DNA from: Hydrolagus affinis
Lineage: Eukaryota
DNA: 64,000 nucleotides
Assembly: GCA_012026655.1 (NCBI GenBank)
Contig: JAAILG010001172.1
Coordinates: 1 to 64,000 of the forward strand
Direction: 5' to 3'
The number at the start of each line of letters is the position of its first letter. The stretch's first letter is position 1. This document shows positions 58,821-64,000 of the stretch, piece by piece. The translations under genes were made by a program, and so were the position numbers. The notes under the pieces were generated by a model. The model was not told the DNA's origin and ran no database searches. It was given only the letters and a program-made list of their open reading frames with translations.

Positions 58821-61404
58821 GGAGCTACTTTGAGATGTCCTGCTGACATGAAAGGCACTAAACCAAATGTAAGGATTATTATTATTATTCAATTTGTTGT
58901 TAGGCATTTTGGAACAATACCAACATAATGTTGGTATTAGTAACCTGTTTACTCAATCTCCAAGATACTTCAAAGATTATTGGGGCAGTATGTATGACGT
59001 TTTGGTTTAGTCGTTGAATATTTGGCCTGGCCTAAATCTGACAATCAGGTGAAAGTTAATTCTAGGCCTGGAAGAGTGTGAATTTTGTCTCTCTTCTGCA
59101 GATCAGACCCAGAAAACGATTAATAAACCCCCAAAGTTATTAAAACAAAGTTAGCTCCCCCCCCATAACTAGAAACATCATTGATTCAAAAATAGGTGGT
59201 CAAGTAAAGCAGATGGCAATACCAACTTGTGTGTTTTGGGTGCTGGCACCTATTGGTAATTATTGGAATATTACTAACTAACTCACACAGCAAATGAGTT
59301 ATGATTGCTACCCCATTGTGTTTAACTTTGGTTGGTCCAAGCTTGTGGAGGTTATGGAGCTAGTTCAGAGAATAGTGGCAACGATGATTTCAGGTTTAAA
59401 CACAGTAAGGGATGAGGAGAGACTCACAGAATTGAGACTGTTTTTATTAGATAGAGGATTGAAGATTATGATCCAAAGCTTCATAATACTGACGGTCATA
59501 AATGACATGGATGTAAGTAGATTAAGTGGTTTAGTTGGTCAGTGCAGAAACATCTTAAAATAGAAGTCTCATTCAGGACAAAAAGAAGTGGATATATATG
59601 TACCGTAGTTAGAAGCAGGGACGGAATAAAATATAGATTGCGATTGACAAATGCCTTCGCGGACAAGAATTTACTGCTGTTTACTGCATTTCTGCTATTG
59701 GGTGAGATGTAATTGTCTGATGGAGTAGACTATATCTGAAAGATGTGGGAGTGAATATATATTTTGGTGAATTGCTGGATAGTTGGGCCAACAGAGTGTT
59801 TGGCTCAATCTTCTCACAGGAATGTGAAGGAATTATTATTATTCAATCATTCTAGCTTAATTATTACAGTCGCTGAGAGGGTCACAGCACAGATATTGTA
59901 GTCCCAAATTCTACCCAGTCTTAGCCTTTAAGGGAATTTTGTCGTAAAATTTAAGATCACCCAGAATAGTGGAAAGTATGTTTTTTTTAAATGTTTTGTT
60001 AGTGAAACTGCACAACATGGCATCCATACTAAAAGCAAACTTAAACTAGGTGCTTAAGAGAAGAGATTTTTTTCCCAGCGCCTAGTCAATAAATACCCAA
60101 ATAAAATCCATAGCTGCATGTGTGACACAAATTGTCTTCCCTGTTTCATCCAAAAAAATACACAGTTAATCCACTTTACTGTATATCCTGGGAAGCACCT
60201 TAAGGCATCTTGATGACATGATGAGGATCTACATCAAATGCAAGTGTGATGATGATGATGATGATAGAATGATACGACAAACTATCATGCTAATTTGACC
60301 AGCCTTCAATCTCTGCTGTAAATTTCTATGGTTGTATTGTTCCACAGCATGGAAACAGGCCTTTTGACCCAACAAATCCATGCTGTAACTAGTGTTTATA
60401 ACTCAATCTTAATTTGGGTAAAAGCAATTATTTTTAAGAAGCTTCTAAATTAAGACTGAACTTACTAGTATTCCACAATTTTAAATGTTACAGCACACTA
60501 GTCTCATATTCCACAAGGCCAAATTTTAGGAGCAAATTTCTACTAGTCTGCAGATCCGCAAAGTGCCCTCTGATACTTCCTCCAAGTAATCATTCCCATT
60601 CTATTATTAGAAGTACATATCACAAACGTTTCCACAGTGGTCGATGGATCAATAGACCCACAACCCTCACTGATTTTTCCCCATTACTAGCCCTAGGCAC
60701 TGAGACAAATTTTTGTATCTTCAGCATCGATCATCTAATTCTGCACCAACCAAGGATTGAACCCAGGACTTTTATGGTCAGACTTAATTCCACATAGTTA
60801 TTGGCAGCATCAACTGATCCATCAGGGAAGCCCCATTCAGTAGCTTTATGCTTCTAAACCACGTCACATTAGTGCAAGGCAGTTGAAGTAATTGCAGTAC
60901 AAGTAAATTGGGCTCACTCACATCTAATCTAGTGATGTACGACTCTTTATGTATTAATAATAAATAATAATCCTTCCATTTGATACAGTGCCTTTCACAT
61001 CTGTTGGACATCTCAAAGTGCTTCACTGGATATGTAGAGACTGTATATTGTGCAGGCAAATGCTGCAACCAATTTCACAAAGCGACGTCCCACAAATAGC
61101 TATTACCACAACAACAACAGCAAATTTACATTTTTATTTACTGGATAACCAATTTGGGGGACTTATTGGCTAGGAAATTGGTCTAGGTGAATAATATCGT
61201 TGATCATTTACAGTCTGAATAAACAGCCAGACACGGATTTTGGTTTAAATTATCCAATGGATGACACCTCCAATCATTGCAGCGTATCACCAACTTTGCA
61301 TTAGTGTCAACCAGACCGTGTGATACAAAAGACCTGATATGGGATTTGAACTCACCGCCTTCTAATTCAGAGGCTACATGTTCACACCCATGAAAGTGTG
61401 TTAG

Positions 61405-62070
61405 TTTGGCTCAGTTGGTAGCGCTCCTGCCTCTGAATCACAACAACAATAACAACAATAACAAGAACAAAATTACATTTATAGAGCACCTTCCACGTCG
61501 GGAGGACGTCCCAAGGCGCTGAACAGTTAGGTCGGGACCCAAGCGGGTGGGGTGGAGAGGTCGGTGTAGGTGGAAGGAGAGTAGGAGAGGTGGGGAGAGT
61601 TAGGAGGGGAGCAGAAGGCACGGTCGAAGAGGAAGGTCTTGAGACCGACCTTGAAGAAGGAAAGGGAGGAAGCGAGGCAAAGGGATTGCGGGATGGAGTT
61701 CCACAGTGTGGGAGTACAACAACGTTGTGGGGGTGAAACCCATTTTGGGACTTTGAGGTCACAGCCTAGGGCTATATTCCAATGAAATGTAGGGGAAGCA
61801 TTGCATCATCAAAGATGGAGTCCTTTGGATGAGATGTAGCTGTTTGCCTGTCTTCAGGGGGACATTATTCAGTAACACTATTCAAAAAAGGAAGGTGTTT
61901 CTTTTGGTTTCCTGGTAAACAATCTCCAGATAAATTGGCCATTCACTGCATGGCTGCTTAATAGCAACTTGTAGTGTATAACTGACTGTTATTTTGACAT
62001 GCACAGACAGTTCCTGCACTTGACAGCAATTACTGGATAATAAAGTGGTATAAAAATGTGTTTTCTTATT
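61405..62070 (+). mobile_element. Older DeuSINE with an antisense L2 3' end (61441-61715) inserted in its tRNA head
   Basis: GGCTCAGTTGGTAGCGCTCCTGCCTCTGAATCA[L2]CAACAACGTTGTGGG; ACAACAAC on both sides. Confidence 0.8.
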
Positions 62071-62097
62071 TGTAGTCTCATATAATTTCTTATTCCA

Positions 62098-62456
62098 GGA
62101 GTCCTGTACCTCAATCGTTAGAGCACCTGCCTTGCAAGCTGGAGACCTGGGTTTGATTCTTGACAGGGTGAAACATTGCTTAAGTTTTACTTAATTCATA
62201 CATCTCTGTTCAACAAGCGGGGAAGCAGGATCCCTATTTTTGTGGATGACTTTTCCGGGAGTACCAAATGCTTTTTAAAAAAAACAAAGTCAATTGGTCA
62301 GTCTATCCACGACTGTTTATGGGACACTGCTGTGTGCAAACTGGCTGCCAACTTTCACCCACAATTCACTTTACAGTATGTTCTGTAAAGTGCTTTGAGA
62401 TGTCTCGAAGACGTGATAACATGCTTTATCAAAATGCAAGAATCATTGTTATTATT
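62098..62456 (+). mobile_element. SINE long form
   Basis: GGAGTCCTGTACCTCAATCGTTAGAGC head, CTCTGTTCAACAAGCGG segment, Deu motif and tail. Confidence 0.8.
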
Positions 62457-62512
62457 CATTTGTGTATAATCTAGTGCATAGATTATACACCAGCAGGCCT
62501 TTTGGCCCAATT

Positions 62513-62854
62513 AATAATAATAATAATAATATTAATATTAATAATAATAATAATCCTTGCATTTCATATAGCGCTTTTCACATCTTATCAACGTCCCAAA
62601 GCGCTTCACAGAATATACTGTAAAGTGAATTGACTGTATATTTGTGGGCGAATCGCGGCAGCCAATTGCACACAAACAGTCGTGGATTGAAATGACCAAT
62701 TTTATTATTGTGGTTGTTTGGACGGATTATTATTAGGTGTGAGGAGTAAGGAAACTTGCTCAAGGTTTCGCCTTGACTTGCCTGGATTCGAACACAGGTC
62801 TCCCCCAGCTTGGTCTGCCCAGCTTGCAAGACAAATGCTCTAACCACTGAGCTC
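62513..62854 (-). mobile_element. Young SINE with head duplication
   Basis: Long (AAT)n tail; GGTCTCCCCCAGCTTGGTCTGCCCAGCTTGCAAG as in 44392-44706. Confidence 0.92.
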
Positions 62855-64000
62855 AAACCATTAACCACTGTTTATATACCACATGAATCTAAGAATAGAT
62901 ACACCTGAAGCCCCAATTTGGAGTTTGAACCACAACCATGTGACTCAGAGACAAGTGTGCTACCAATAACACCAGTGAATACACAGCCAATTTTAATTTG
63001 AGAACAATGGAGGAGACTCTGAAACACCTTTAAATTTTGCATGATTGAAAATAAATGATTATTTTGTCAGTTATTTTCAAATATTAGAAACGTCATCGAC
63101 AATCAGAGGACAGAGAACATTGCTGTGTCCCCTGGCAATATTACAATACAAACAGGACTATTAATGTGGTATGCAAGACCCTGAAGTAAGTCAGTTGAGA
63201 ATCACCTTGGATTTCTACTTTATTGAATTTATGTCAGCTGTCTTATTTAAACAACCTTGATTTGACTTATTATAAAGGATAATAAACAGTATGGAATATG
63301 TTTCAGGCAATCATGTGTTCGAGGGTTCATTTAAGAAGTGAGATGAATTGGCTTTGATGAGATGAACTGTATGAAGACTGAATTTTTTTTAAATAAGATT
63401 TTTTGCACATTCCTAAATTTTAAGTCTAGAATACTTTTAAATCTAAAACCATGAGAGTTTTCAGCTCTCTGCAATTGCAGGATTCCCTCTGTATAGTATT
63501 GCATTTACTGTTGCAATCTACTATTCACTAAAGCTGAATATAGCTATCTGTAGTACAGTAATATGATGCAATTTATTCAGCACTACAAATTTTCACAATC
63601 ACATTGCCTGCCCTTCAGACCTTCACCACATTAGCAATATCGAAACAGAAGCTGCTCTCTAGGGCAGGGTTAGGGTCAAGCCTCCTCTCCAAACATTCGA
63701 CTGAATTAATTAATACAATTAAATGTGTTTTACTGTTACTAAAAATATCTTGAATAGGATAGGTAAATATTTACATCTTAAGTATATATTTCCATACTCA
63801 GCAATGTGAAGGATATATATTTCCTGAAAACTATTGATGTAGAAAGCACTCAGAGAATCAGGAATAGAGAAAGTTACATGTTTGGAAGAAATTTCTGCTC
63901 TGAATTAGAAAAAAGCTGGGAAAATGATTGAAGATTATGGGGTCAGTGTTGGCTGAGATAATCAGATAGTTCATGGGTTGGAACAATGATTCTTGTCCTG

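Noticed and set aside
63661-63677. AGGGCAGGGTTAGGG telomere-like/G4-like motif
   Set aside because: Only one TTAGGG unit and three G-runs; expected by chance.
1-64000. CRISPR array, operon or other prokaryotic/viral system
   Set aside because: No regularly spaced repeat-spacer array and no dense intronless ORFs; all recurring motifs are explained by vertebrate SINE, LINE or MITE copies.

Overview
Vertebrate nuclear DNA, most likely a cartilaginous fish. This is inferred from the Deu-domain SINE, L2, CR1 and Penelope-type repeat set; a holocephalan is plausible but unproven. The only protein-coding gene I can support is the 3' half of semaphorin-5A (sema5a) on the + strand. Seven coding exons (8707-22169) with GT-AG boundaries and consistent phases encode thrombospondin type-1 repeats, the transmembrane helix and the cytoplasmic tail. 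A probable ~3.8 kb 3' UTR ends near 25970. The remaining ~38 kb is gene-free intergenic DNA. Most long ORFs in the track are decayed L2/CR1 fragments or chance ORFs. The window is dense in often nested mobile elements: two tRNA-derived SINE families, L2 and CR1 LINE fragments, hAT and Tc1/mariner-type MITEs, Penelope-type repeats, an LF-SINE-like copy and an old unclassified repeat with five copies. I found no convincing new multi-gene system. The best leads are a candidate hammerhead ribozyme, a CORE+Deu hybrid SINE seen in long and deleted forms, an internally deleted L2, a covarying LINE/SINE tail stem-loop, a young CpG-rich hAT MITE and a duplicated intronic module. Repeat boundaries are approximate and family names come from recalled consensus motifs, not database searches.
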